From contig CALKCM010000005.1 of assembly GCA_938086785.1 (NCBI GenBank), positions 501 to 64,500 of the forward strand: 64,000 bases of DNA, in the 5' to 3' direction. The notes below the pieces were generated by a model, which was given only the letters and a program-made list of their open reading frames with translations, had not been told where the DNA came from and searched no databases. Below are positions 1 through 9,907 of this stretch, in pieces (the stretch's first letter is position 1; the number at the start of each line of letters is the position of its first letter). Origin of the DNA: an uncultured Bacteroidia bacterium. GTDB taxonomy: Bacteria; Bacteroidota; Bacteroidia; NS11-12g; UBA955. Position numbers and translations under genes: made by a program.

Positions 1-132
1 CAAATACTAAAGAGTGGGGCCAATAATTATTATGAAACGTTCAACACGGAACCTTCTTTAATTTTAAAAGATATCATCTCAATCATTCATAAAGATCGGA
101 AGAATTTACTTTTCTTTGAAGCCATTGAATAA
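1..132 (+). CDS. 3' end of an upstream gene (partial). Possibly the substrate-binding component of the adjacent FecCD-type ABC system.
   Basis: Frame 1 is open from base 1 to a TAA at 130..132 (...GANNYYETFNTEPSLILKDIISIIHKDRKNLLFFEAIE*). It overlaps the start of the downstream permease. Function is guessed from context only. Confidence 0.3.
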   Translation, partial: QILKSGANNYYETFNTEPSLILKDIISIIHKDRKNLLFFEAIE

Positions 133-1072
133 GAAAATTAGAAATATAATTTTTATGCTTGCCGCAATTATAGTCTTAATTCTGGCAGAATTATTTCTCA
201 GGCCAACCAACGTTTCCGTTTCACTGTTTCGATGGCCGAGGCTGCTAACAGCCATACTGGTTGGTTCTATTTTGAGTATTTCAGGTTTATACATTCAAGG
301 CATATTTAGAAATCCTCTTGCAGGACCGTATATCATTGGAGTTATTCCTGGAGCATATTTTGCGGTGGCTCTTTTTATTTTTATTGTTCCATATCACTTG
401 GAAGAGCCCTTGCTACTAGACATTGGTATTAAAGGATTTGCCATTTTGGGTGGGATATCAGTAATGATTTTACAATTGCTTTTAATGAAGAGGTTTTCTT
501 CAATAAGTATTCTATTGCTTTTTGGGGTGGTATTGAGCTATTTTTTGAGTGGAGGCAGTGAGGCTCTTGTTTCCATTAGTAATGCAGATTCTATTAAATC
601 ATTTGTTCAGTGGGGATTTGGAAATTTTGATCAGGTTTTTGGATTGGACCTCTGGGTTTTATTTACTCTTTTAGTGATTAATATAATCTCTTTTTGGAGA
701 TATAGCAGCGCCATGGATGTTTATGGAATAGGAGATAACCTTGCCACAAATACAGGTCTTCATGTGTTGAGATTTAGAACAAGTATTTTATTTATTGCGG
801 GTGCTTCTGCTGGAATTATAACAGCTTATTGCGGGCCTATTGGTTTTATAGGTATGGTTGCGCCCCAGTTTGCAAGACTTTTAAGTAACTCGCAATCCAT
901 GAAGAATTTGTGGATATACTCGATGCTATCTGGCATTATGTTTTGCCTGTTGGCCGATGTTATGAGCCATTACGCTTTTGATCATATACAATTAAGTCTG
1001 AACGCTATGGCTGCATTGATTTGCTCTCCTATTGTGGCTATCTCTCTCTTTAGAAACAGGAATCTATTTTAA
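116..1072 (+). CDS. FecCD/BtuC-family ABC transporter permease (iron-siderophore/cobalamin type)
   Basis: 318-aa polytopic membrane protein with FecCD-like stretches (GxxxxxPLAGPYIIG, GPIGFIGMVAPQFAR). The start is TTG at 116; the start choice is uncertain. Confidence 0.8.
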   Translation: MKPLNKKIRNIIFMLAAIIVLILAELFLRPTNVSVSLFRWPRLLTAILVGSILSISGLYIQGIFRNPLAGPYIIGVIPGAYFAVALFIFIVPYHLEEPLLLDIGIKGFAILGGISVMILQLLLMKRFSSISILLLFGVVLSYFLSGGSEALVSISNADSIKSFVQWGFGNFDQVFGLDLWVLFTLLVINIISFWRYSSAMDVYGIGDNLATNTGLHVLRFRTSILFIAGASAGIITAYCGPIGFIGMVAPQFARLLSNSQSMKNLWIYSMLSGIMFCLLADVMSHYAFDHIQLSLNAMAALICSPIVAISLFRNRNLF

Positions 1073-1623
1073 TCCAAGGCTTCTAGCCTAACAATAGCAT
1101 CTATTTGATAATCGATAACTGGATCAAATTCAACTTTCATATTATGTCCATATAAAGCTCCAAAAGATTGCCAAAGAATAGCTTCCATTCCACCTCTATA
1201 TTTTTTCATAATATTCCACGTGGTGCTCCCCGTTTCTCTATGAATAAGTTTCATAAGAATTTTGCCTTGGTCTCGGGTTAGATTTTTCAAGTTATCGGTA
1301 AATAGATTTTTTATGTTTTTTTCACAAGCTTTAATATACCTCTTCTTTGCTTTCCGCTTTTTAAGGGTGTTTAAATGATCCTCCATGGTTTTGAGTTTGT
1401 ACGCACTAAGCTTTGCATATGGCATAGCTACTCTAACATTTCTCTTGAGTCTCTGATAAGCAGCAATCTGCTTTTTATTCATACTTGTGGTAATATTTAC
1501 CTGTTTGTGCTGAACAACTCGTATCGTATCAGACGATATTGTATCAGAAGGAGCAATAGATTGAGCCTTGGCTGAAATCGCCAATAGGCCAATAACAAGA
1601 CTGAAGATACACGTATGACTCAT
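1069..1623 (-). CDS. DUF4294-like secreted protein
   Basis: The ORF is trimmed to the internal ATG at 1623, which yields a signal peptide (MSHTCIFSLVIGLLAISAKAQS). The longer track ORF would overlap lgt. It resembles the conserved Bacteroidota DUF4294 family. Confidence 0.55.
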   Translation of the reverse strand: MSHTCIFSLVIGLLAISAKAQSIAPSDTISSDTIRVVQHKQVNITTSMNKKQIAAYQRLKRNVRVAMPYAKLSAYKLKTMEDHLNTLKKRKAKKRYIKACEKNIKNLFTDNLKNLTRDQGKILMKLIHRETGSTTWNIMKKYRGGMEAILWQSFGALYGHNMKVEFDPVIDYQIDAIVRLEALD

Positions 1624-1630
1624 ATGGATA

Positions 1631-2830
1631 TTATTCCAAATGTTGTGCCGTTTTTTCAGTTTTCTTTTTACTATTCCCAAAAACAAACCAAGCAATAGCT
1701 CCAAAAATGAGAAGAAGCGAAATCATTTGCGCCTGAGAGAAAACAATTCCAAAAGCGCTATAAACACTATCGCCATGCTCTCTAATAAATTCTATGAAAA
1801 AACGTTCTATGCCAGCAAACAGCATGTAAAAGGCAAATAAGTTCCCCCTTTGTACCACTCGCTTTCGCAAAACGAACCAAATGATAAGAAACAAGCCAAC
1901 AGCCATTAAAGCTTCATAAATAGGAGTGGGCCAAACAGGATTTATTAATTCATAACAAAAATCTCCTGTGCACCCGTCAATCCTTTTCATTCCTTCATGA
2001 GTGTAGCCTTCCATCCCTAAAACATTATTTGGGTAAGAATAAGACCACAGCCAATCTGGGAGAGAAAAAGGTTTGGGCGAAGGGTTAGGGATACCCCAAT
2101 CGCCATCTCCACTAAAATGACAACCAAAACGTCCTAAGCCATAGGCGAGCATCATAGGCGCAGCGCCCGAGTCCAATACACTTAAAATATTGAGTCCTTT
2201 TTTACGGCAGTAGACAAGTACTCCTGTTGCACCACAAATTAAACCGCCGTAATACGTCCAACCACCCGTAGAGAAAAGATTATCCATGATGTAATCAATA
2301 CTAAAAGCATTGAAGTTTTCCAGTATATGAAAGACTTTGGCTCCTAAAAACCCAGATATGAGCGCAATTGTGGTAATGGTTCCCATATAAACAGATGCGT
2401 CTGTTTTTATCGTATTTGTTTGGGGTTCTGGCAATCTTTGTTTCTTGTCTACATAGAATGAATAGCCTAGAATTAAAGCCATAATTAGAATACCCCAAAA
2501 CCAAGATCCGTCCGATGAAAAAATTAACTCCTGTGGATTTGCCCCTTTTTGGCTTTCGATAAGAAGATAAACAATCTTGTATCCAAAGATGAAGCCAAAG
2601 AAAACTTGGGATATATAGTAGGGTATTCCTAGAGGTTTACCAATGGTCTGTAAGATACTGACGGGTTTTAGTTTGCCCTGTAGGGTAAGACGTGAAAGTT
2701 CGGCCTGCATGGCCCAATAAGCCCCTCCAATAGATAAAGCTACAAAAAAACCAAAGGTGTTAATTACCTTTAAGAACCCAGGAGCTGAGCCAAAAATATC
2801 TTGAATAAAATGATAGATAGTAGGAAACAT
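1631..2830 (-). CDS. lgt: prolipoprotein diacylglyceryl transferase
   Basis: Polytopic membrane protein carrying the Lgt-type GRxGCxxxGDxxG motif (GRFGCHFSGDGDWG). It is the long Bacteroidota form. Confidence 0.8.
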   Translation of the reverse strand: MFPTIYHFIQDIFGSAPGFLKVINTFGFFVALSIGGAYWAMQAELSRLTLQGKLKPVSILQTIGKPLGIPYYISQVFFGFIFGYKIVYLLIESQKGANPQELIFSSDGSWFWGILIMALILGYSFYVDKKQRLPEPQTNTIKTDASVYMGTITTIALISGFLGAKVFHILENFNAFSIDYIMDNLFSTGGWTYYGGLICGATGVLVYCRKKGLNILSVLDSGAAPMMLAYGLGRFGCHFSGDGDWGIPNPSPKPFSLPDWLWSYSYPNNVLGMEGYTHEGMKRIDGCTGDFCYELINPVWPTPIYEALMAVGLFLIIWFVLRKRVVQRGNLFAFYMLFAGIERFFIEFIREHGDSVYSAFGIVFSQAQMISLLLIFGAIAWFVFGNSKKKTEKTAQHLE

Positions 2831-2885
2831 TCGTAGAGCAAAGTAACAACAATAAGAGAGATATTTAGAAATGATTTTCTATGAA

Positions 2886-4067
2886 CTACACTGAATTCAT
2901 GATGCCATTTCGTTTTGCTATGCACTCTTGGTATTCTTCTTCGGCTATACTATCATAAACAATGGCACCACCCACGCAATAATGCATTTTATTGTTATGC
3001 ACTTGCAAACTTCTAATAACCACATTTAAATCAAAATCCCCGTCTTCAATATATCCAATGGAACCGCTATATACTCCGCGTTTAAAAGATTCATATTCTT
3101 CAATATGCTGCATCACTTCCATTTTTGGAGCACCAGTCATACTGCCCATAGGAAAAGTAGCTTTGAGCATATTTTCTAAGCTGATTTCACCTTGCAATTC
3201 TCCAGTAACACTTGACACTAGGTGATGTACATGCGAAAATGATTTAAGAGCGCATAGTTCAGGAACCTTAACACTATTTGGCTTGCAAATTCGGCTGAGA
3301 TCATTTCTAACAAGATCCACGATCATTGTATTTTCTGCTCTTTCTTTTGGAGCATTCATAAAAGCTACTAAACGTTCATTAGACTCAGGATATTGACGTT
3401 TTAATGTGCCTTTTATAGGTTGAGATAGAAGGGTGTTGTTTTGCTTTTTTAGAAAGCGTTCTGGGCTAAAACAAAGGAGGTAGCTATTGTTAATTTTTAC
3501 AAAAGCAGCAAATGGGCTCTGCGTTCGATCATTTACTTCTAGGAAGAGCGAATATATATCTAGCTCATTAGAAATAGATGCGTAAAAGTGGATACAGTAG
3601 TTGAGTTCATAATAAGCCCCATTCTTAATATCCTCTTTAATTTTTGCAATGGTCTTAAGATATTTTTCTTTACTTATGCTGGCCTCCCAGCTCTCTATGG
3701 CTTCCGTTTTTTTATAGCTTAGTTCATCCGCTGTTTTCAAATCAAAGGTGGAAGTAATATTTCCATTGTGATCCTCTTTATAGGAGTGCTCCGGTTCAAA
3801 AAAGAAAAAGTCAGGAAAAGAGGTAAATCCTGGATTATTAGACGGCAATTGATGAAACTCTTTTTTAAGATCATAAGAACATATGCCTAAGTGTAATCCA
3901 TTTTTAGGAACTGATTTTGCCCTAGTATAGATATTTTTTGCGCCAAATCCTGAAATGATCTCATAAGTCCCGTGCGCATCTGTATTTCCATTTGAACAGC
4001 AAATTACACTAGTGCTATACTCCTTAGATTTTTGTATTAGTTTGGAAAGTGCAGTTTGTTTGAGCAT
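2886..4067 (-). CDS. pabB: chorismate-binding enzyme, aminodeoxychorismate synthase component I-like
   Basis: C-terminal chorismate-binding signature (FPMGSMTGAPK ... RGVYSGSIGY ... VVIRS ... GGAIV). Confidence 0.7.
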   Translation of the reverse strand: MLKQTALSKLIQKSKEYSTSVICCSNGNTDAHGTYEIISGFGAKNIYTRAKSVPKNGLHLGICSYDLKKEFHQLPSNNPGFTSFPDFFFFEPEHSYKEDHNGNITSTFDLKTADELSYKKTEAIESWEASISKEKYLKTIAKIKEDIKNGAYYELNYCIHFYASISNELDIYSLFLEVNDRTQSPFAAFVKINNSYLLCFSPERFLKKQNNTLLSQPIKGTLKRQYPESNERLVAFMNAPKERAENTMIVDLVRNDLSRICKPNSVKVPELCALKSFSHVHHLVSSVTGELQGEISLENMLKATFPMGSMTGAPKMEVMQHIEEYESFKRGVYSGSIGYIEDGDFDLNVVIRSLQVHNNKMHYCVGGAIVYDSIAEEEYQECIAKRNGIMNSV

Positions 4068-4143
4068 CGATATATTGCAAAACTAAGCCCATTTGTTCAT
4101 ATCATTTTAGTATATTTACTCTTAAGCTGCTAATTTTGTTTTC

Positions 4144-6588
4144 TTGAATTCTAAGCGAGTTACTCTATTTGTTGAGGTTCTCCTGCCTTTACCTATTCCA
4201 AGACTTTACACTTATCGTGTTCCTCTTGAAATGAATGCTATTATAAAAGAGAGGATTCGTGTAGTCGTTCAGTTTGGGGCACGTAAAATTTATTCAGGAC
4301 TAATAATTCACATAAAGGAAACTCCTCCTGAAAACTACACCGCTAATTATATCCTTGACGTTTTAGATGAAAACGAACTAATTGATATCAATCAGCAAAA
4401 ATTTTGGTTTTGGATGAGCGAATACTATATGTGTAACCCTGGAGAGGTTATGGCAGCTGCATTGCCGGCTGGGTTTCGATTAAAAAGTGAGAGCGTCGTG
4501 TTCTTAGCTCCTGACTTTAGTAGCATCTTGGAATTGGAGGATTATTCTGAAATAGAAGCTGATATTATTGCCTTATTAGGGGATATGAAAGCTCAAAAGA
4601 TTAGCGACATTCAGAAGAAACTAAATAAACCACAGTTGGTCAAACATTTAAAATCTTTGTACTCGAGAGGGATTCTCCTCTTTGAAGAAGAGGTAAAAGA
4701 AAACTATATTCCGAAAATAGAAAAATGGTACAGAATACCAGATGAAATTTCTGAAGATGAATTGAGCAATGAAATGGATAAGCTGCAAAAAAAGGCAGCT
4801 AAGCAATTCGAAGCACTTTTATTAATTGCGGGATCGGATGGTTCTCGCATGATGCAAAAGCAATTGTATCATAAATATAAAGTTACGGGTGCGACCTTAA
4901 ATTCCTTAATTAAAAAGGGATGGCTAATCAAGGAGGACATAAAAGTAGACCGTGTGCAGTTTGCCATAGACAAAGTAGGAGAGTACCAATTAAACATAGA
5001 ACAGAGCCAAGCAGTAGCATCTATAAAGCATTCATTTAAAGAAGCGAAACCCGCATTACTAAACGGTGTAACAGGTTCAGGTAAGACCTATGTTTATGTT
5101 GAACTAATTAAAGAGTGCATCAAGAATAAACAGCAAGCGTTGTACCTTCTGCCAGAAGTTGCTATTACTGAGGTAATTGTTGCTCGAATTTCTAAATATT
5201 TCAAACGCTTTGCCGTGTGGTACAACTACTATAGCCAGCAAGAAAGGACTGAAATCTATTCTAAATTAAAAGCAGGGGAAATAGATGTATTAATTGGAGC
5301 ACGATCGGCACTTTTTGCCCCTTTTAGGGACTTGGGTTTAATTGTTGTTGACGAAGAGCATGAAAATTCATATAAACAATTTGAAAAAAGACCTCATTAT
5401 AATGGGAGAGATGCTGCCTTATATCTGGCAAAACTGTGTAAAGCAAATATTGTCTTGGGAAGTGCTACGCCCTCCTTTGAGAGCTTATATGCAGTAAAAC
5501 AAAATACAATGCTTGAAGTACGTCTTGAAAATCGTTTCAAGGCTCTTAAATCCTTAAATATTGAATTAGTTAAGCCACCAGAGGGCAATAAGAACAAAAC
5601 ATCTATTTTTAGTGCTCCTTTACTTAAAAGCATGGATGATTCTCTTAAGAACAATCGACAAGTTATTCTCTTTCAAAATAAAAAAGGATATGTGCCGTAT
5701 TTATCCTGCGATATTTGTGGCTATACGGATCAATGCAAGAACTGTGATATTTCGCTTACTTATTACAAGTTTAATAATCTACAACGTTGTTCCTATTGTT
5801 CAACAAAATATGAATTAACTAAAATATGTAAAGCGTGTGGATCTCATAATTTATCTATGAGAGGCTATGGAACGGAGCGTATTGCGGAGGAATGTGAAAT
5901 CATTTTCCCAAAAGCAACCATTCAGAGATTTGACAATGAAAGCATCCGTAAGAAGGGCGATTTTGATCGAATCATATCAAACTTTCATAATCAAAAAATA
6001 GATATACTCGTTGGCACGCAACTGCTAAGTAAAGGAATTGATTTTACCAATGTTGGAACAGTGGGTGTGGCAGATGCCGATGCGCTGCTAAAGTTCCCGG
6101 ATTTTAGAAGTCACGAACGGGCTTATCAATTACTAAAACAAGTGGGTGGAAGAGCAGGAGATTCAGAAATTGACGGTCATTTTGTATTGCAAACGCAGCA
6201 ACCAAATCATCCGGTATTTCAACATTTGTTAAATAGCTCATACGATCAGTTGTACGAAAATGAAATAACAGTAAGAAATAACTTTAACTATCCTCCTTTA
6301 GCAAAGATGCTAATTATTAGTATTAAGCATAAAGATTTCAAGCAATCAAAGAATGGAGCCTCATTGGCTTTTCAAATTATAGCAGAACGTTTAAAACACA
6401 GAGTTGAAGAACCCTATGCCCCTATGATAGGAAGGGTGCGCAACATGTTTATCCATTGTATAAATATTAAGATGAGTAGAACGTCTGATAATCACCCCAA
6501 GATTAAGGAATTCATTGGTCAATCACTGCTCAGGGTTCAGACCCAAATTAAGGGGACACGCTTGGATATTGATGTTGACCCCACCTAA
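4144..6588 (+). CDS. priA: primosomal replication restart helicase PriA
   Basis: Walker A (GVTGSGKT), DEEH box (VVDEEHE), and the Cys-rich zinc-binding insertion (C..C..C..C / C..C..C..C). The protein is 814 aa with a TTG start. Confidence 0.9.
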   Translation: MNSKRVTLFVEVLLPLPIPRLYTYRVPLEMNAIIKERIRVVVQFGARKIYSGLIIHIKETPPENYTANYILDVLDENELIDINQQKFWFWMSEYYMCNPGEVMAAALPAGFRLKSESVVFLAPDFSSILELEDYSEIEADIIALLGDMKAQKISDIQKKLNKPQLVKHLKSLYSRGILLFEEEVKENYIPKIEKWYRIPDEISEDELSNEMDKLQKKAAKQFEALLLIAGSDGSRMMQKQLYHKYKVTGATLNSLIKKGWLIKEDIKVDRVQFAIDKVGEYQLNIEQSQAVASIKHSFKEAKPALLNGVTGSGKTYVYVELIKECIKNKQQALYLLPEVAITEVIVARISKYFKRFAVWYNYYSQQERTEIYSKLKAGEIDVLIGARSALFAPFRDLGLIVVDEEHENSYKQFEKRPHYNGRDAALYLAKLCKANIVLGSATPSFESLYAVKQNTMLEVRLENRFKALKSLNIELVKPPEGNKNKTSIFSAPLLKSMDDSLKNNRQVILFQNKKGYVPYLSCDICGYTDQCKNCDISLTYYKFNNLQRCSYCSTKYELTKICKACGSHNLSMRGYGTERIAEECEIIFPKATIQRFDNESIRKKGDFDRIISNFHNQKIDILVGTQLLSKGIDFTNVGTVGVADADALLKFPDFRSHERAYQLLKQVGGRAGDSEIDGHFVLQTQQPNHPVFQHLLNSSYDQLYENEITVRNNFNYPPLAKMLIISIKHKDFKQSKNGASLAFQIIAERLKHRVEEPYAPMIGRVRNMFIHCINIKMSRTSDNHPKIKEFIGQSLLRVQTQIKGTRLDIDVDPT

Positions 6589-6607
6589 GTATAAAAGTTT
6601 GGCGCAT

Positions 6608-6638
6608 AAAAAAAAGGCTATCGTTAGATAGCCTTTTG
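6608..6638. terminator. bidirectional intrinsic terminator between convergent priA and the ompA-like gene
   Basis: Perfect 9-bp stem AAGGCTATC/GATAGCCTT with a GTTA loop. An A-run lies on the left and a T-run on the right. Confidence 0.65.
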
Positions 6639-6661
6639 TATGATCATTTGATATTGTTAAA

Positions 6662-8248
6662 TTATCTCATGCTACCTCTTGGTCCTGGAGCGCTAGGAGC
6701 ACTTGCTGAACCACTAAGTTTGAAATCTATTTTGTTTGGATTAGGACTGCTACATGTATTATCTATAACGAGCCTATCTCTACTAATGCCTTTTTCTACT
6801 AAAGCTTCTATGATAGCTTCTGTTCTACAGGCATTCGCACTGTATTTAGATTTACCACTATACTTTTTACCTTTTCCGGCATTATCCATTCCACAAATAA
6901 CTAATTTTTGGTTTGGACATTCTTTCATCTTATCTAAGATAATGGCAATAGCCATTTCATATTCTGGACGGATAGTGCAAGAACCATTCGCAAAATATAC
7001 ACCTGGAAACGCAACGTCGTCGCAGTTACAACAGCTCTTAATACGTCTTCCTTTGGCATCGATTAATGCGTTTAGAGGACTATTCGGGTCAAGATCAAGT
7101 GCATCAGGAATTCCGTCACCGTCTGAATCTATAGCCACTCCATTCTCGTCGATAGCAACTCCACTCGGAGTAAATTTATCTTTGTCTAAGTAATCTGGAA
7201 CACCATCACCGTCAGAATCGACAGGAGCACCATTCCCATAAACCATTACACCAGCTTCTGTACTATCATCTACATCAAAAAAGTCGCTTACACCATCTCC
7301 ATCTACATCGGAAGATAAGGTATCTAGTAAGTTTTCTACAGCAGCAATTTTATCGTAGATTGATTCTACTGGACTTAACCAGTCATAATGTTGTTCGTTT
7401 TTGTTGCCTAATTTCCAAGCACCATATACGTTCAACATAGAATACATGTCAAAGAATCTGTTTTGTTGTACTTGAGTATTGTAAAGATCGATGTCATCAT
7501 TTCTTAAATATGTTTGACGGTAATCTAAACCAATATCAAAATTACGGCCGAGGTTATGCTTAATACCAAAACCGAAGGGTAGTATTAAATTTCTAGTTTC
7601 ACCTGTTTGAACTACATCTTTTCCTAAGTTAGGATTAGCTGTACCTCTACCTAAGTAGTGAGATAAGTAATAATCTCCTAAGTAAAGACGTTGATCATTA
7701 AATGTTGCTTCTGATCTAAAAGAACCCCAACCAACACCAACGAATAGGTTAAATTGTGTTTTTCTTAAAGGTCTTAAGAAACTAATATTACCCAAGGTAA
7801 AAACCATCTGGGCACTAAAGTCGTTGAAGCTACTTTTAAAATTAAAGTCATCTTTATAAAGAGTAGGTGATTGTAAATCACGAGCTCCTCTCAATTGACC
7901 CATATTATATTCAGCTCTCAAACCAAAAGTCTGTGAAACGGAATATTTTGCTAAGGCTCTTACATTCCAACCTGGTTGAATCTTGTCAGCATCTCCAAAA
8001 AAGAAGGTTGAACCTACGCCAAGACCTAAGGACCATTTCTTGGCTCTTCTGTCTACGAATAAGGAAGTAACGGAATGTTGTCCGCTATCTGCTTGTAAAT
8101 TTTTCTTTCCTTCAGGAAATTTTGCTCTTGCAGTGGGGTGATACTTACTACCTAACTTATTTTCATAAGTTTGTCCAGATAATGCCGTGGCTCCAAGTAT
8201 TGCACCGCTTAACACTAATGTTTTTAAAACAGTTCTCATTTTGATCAA
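6662..8248 (-). CDS. outer-membrane protein with a beta-barrel N-domain, thrombospondin type-3 (DxDxDGxxD) repeats and an OmpA-like C-terminal domain
   Basis: Signal peptide present. Repeated DSDGDGVPD / DVDGDGVSD / DSDGDGIPD motifs. The C-terminal region has OmpA-like layout but is unusually Cys-rich. Confidence 0.75.
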   Translation of the reverse strand: MIKMRTVLKTLVLSGAILGATALSGQTYENKLGSKYHPTARAKFPEGKKNLQADSGQHSVTSLFVDRRAKKWSLGLGVGSTFFFGDADKIQPGWNVRALAKYSVSQTFGLRAEYNMGQLRGARDLQSPTLYKDDFNFKSSFNDFSAQMVFTLGNISFLRPLRKTQFNLFVGVGWGSFRSEATFNDQRLYLGDYYLSHYLGRGTANPNLGKDVVQTGETRNLILPFGFGIKHNLGRNFDIGLDYRQTYLRNDDIDLYNTQVQQNRFFDMYSMLNVYGAWKLGNKNEQHYDWLSPVESIYDKIAAVENLLDTLSSDVDGDGVSDFFDVDDSTEAGVMVYGNGAPVDSDGDGVPDYLDKDKFTPSGVAIDENGVAIDSDGDGIPDALDLDPNSPLNALIDAKGRRIKSCCNCDDVAFPGVYFANGSCTIRPEYEMAIAIILDKMKECPNQKLVICGMDNAGKGKKYSGKSKYSANACRTEAIIEALVEKGISRDRLVIDNTCSSPNPNKIDFKLSGSASAPSAPGPRGSMR

Positions 8249-8338
8249 TATTACTTCAACTGCAATATTACGGCATTATTACTAAAAATAAAATATAAAG
8301 CCAGGAAATAATGATGTTTTTTTTGCCTTAAGATAGGG

Positions 8339-9901
8339 TTATCCACATGTTATGTTAATTAAGTCAACATCTCCATGTGCCGTGTTTACTATTCCTTTGG
8401 TGTTTTTGAATAATAATTGTTCAAAAAAGTAAGTCTTTCTCTCCCATTTATTTTTATTAGAGAAATAGAGTTCTTTAATTTTCATAACAACAGCTATTCT
8501 AGATTGGATTTCAGATTTATTTATTTTTTGATTTTCGAAATCCTTTGAAGCTTTTTTTAACTTATCGAGATAATTGTTTGATATTGAATTTAATACCTTT
8601 AGGTTAGGAACGTTCAGAGTGTTCAGCTTTTGAATGTCCTCTTTTAACTTAGTTTGCTGTTCTTTCCAAATAACCTCTATTGGGTTAACGCCAGAAAGAA
8701 GTGATTTAAGCTTTTCTAAAAATAAATGCTCCTCTAAGAAAAGGGCATTCTCTAAGCCTGGATATCTACTCACTTTATTCCACTCTTTTTCTGTCAAATA
8801 GATGTAGGTTTTTCTTAACTTGAGAATAGGCGCGGGAATTTCTTCAAATGTTTTTTGAATTTGCATCCAATACACATACTCGGAAGGGCCCGCCAAATAT
8901 GCAATGTTCGGAAGTATTGTTTCTTGATAAAGTGGCCGAAGAGACACATTGGGACTAAAGCGCTCAGGGTGTTTTTCTATTTCTTCTTTCATGTCCGAAA
9001 AACTCCAGTTCCTTAAAGTATTCAGCGTGGAATAACTCTGATCCTTAAGATCAATTCTATCTCTAATACCCTCATTATTAATATAGAAGAAATTTGTCTT
9101 TCTTGGAGAAATGATATTTTTAATTCCGTATCTCTTGAGCAAGTTCGATTGCTTGTCAATTAATTCATTAAAGCCTTGATTTAGAATATCTTTTTTTATG
9201 GATGGCTCAAAGAGTTTCTTAAATCGCTTATCATTCCCATCAATAACCAATACCCCCTTATCTCCATAAATGCGATCAACCAAGAAACGAGTAGCATCAG
9301 CTAAGGTTGAATAGTCCTCATACGCTTGTTTAAATAAATGTTGATAGTCCTTATTTATACCATTCCGTCCCTGTAAAAGCCCTTCCATTAAATTTACCAA
9401 GCCTTTTGTCGGGCAATCTCCACTTATTCCCTTGTGCTGATGTTCCCATTGTACTTTCTGGCCGAATAGATTGATATGATCTATTTCTTCCATATCATGG
9501 TCCTCTGTGGCCATCCAAAATATCGGAATGAAAGTATTATTTGGAAATTGTTCTTTTAATTGCTCTGCATTTTCAATAACACTAAGAATCTTGTTATGAA
9601 CATACATAGGGCCTAAAAAAATATGTATTTGTTGCCCTGTAGTAACAGTGAAAGTCTTTTCACTATTTAGTAACTCAATGCGATCTTCGGCATTAGAGTT
9701 TTTAATATTTGAGTACTGATCTTTAAGTACACGAGCAAGAACCGCTCTATTTTCAGCAGTAAATGATTGGGATTTTTTTTCAATACTTAAAAGGTGTTCC
9801 GGATTTGGGATAAATCCGTTGGCAACCAACTCTTTTTCTTGAAAAGTAAATTTTGGAAAATATTCTTTGGGCGATCCTTTATAAACAATATTTTCTAGCA
9901 T
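8339..9901 (-). CDS. bshC: bacillithiol biosynthesis cysteine-adding enzyme BshC-like
   Basis: About 520 aa, with a BshC-like FWMATEDHDMEE motif and a coiled-coil C-terminus. Assigned from memory of the family. Confidence 0.65.
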   Translation of the reverse strand: MLENIVYKGSPKEYFPKFTFQEKELVANGFIPNPEHLLSIEKKSQSFTAENRAVLARVLKDQYSNIKNSNAEDRIELLNSEKTFTVTTGQQIHIFLGPMYVHNKILSVIENAEQLKEQFPNNTFIPIFWMATEDHDMEEIDHINLFGQKVQWEHQHKGISGDCPTKGLVNLMEGLLQGRNGINKDYQHLFKQAYEDYSTLADATRFLVDRIYGDKGVLVIDGNDKRFKKLFEPSIKKDILNQGFNELIDKQSNLLKRYGIKNIISPRKTNFFYINNEGIRDRIDLKDQSYSTLNTLRNWSFSDMKEEIEKHPERFSPNVSLRPLYQETILPNIAYLAGPSEYVYWMQIQKTFEEIPAPILKLRKTYIYLTEKEWNKVSRYPGLENALFLEEHLFLEKLKSLLSGVNPIEVIWKEQQTKLKEDIQKLNTLNVPNLKVLNSISNNYLDKLKKASKDFENQKINKSEIQSRIAVVMKIKELYFSNKNKWERKTYFFEQLLFKNTKGIVNTAHGDVDLINITCG

Positions 9902-9907
9902 TATATA

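Noticed and set aside
1624-1704. N-terminal extensions in the ORF track (here and at 12182..12223, 12816..12863, 14432..14467, 19700..19780, 30683..30712, 31862..31984, 33410..33475, 40065..40085, 41086..41148, 44108..44146)
   Set aside because: Each extension precedes an internal ATG that gives a canonical N-terminus or signal peptide. Several would also overlap the neighbouring gene, so I trimmed the calls.
6636-7193. 185-aa plus-strand ORF antisense to the OmpA-like gene
   Set aside because: It is a shadow ORF opposite the Asp/Gly-rich TSP3 repeats, with no start context and no recognisable protein features.
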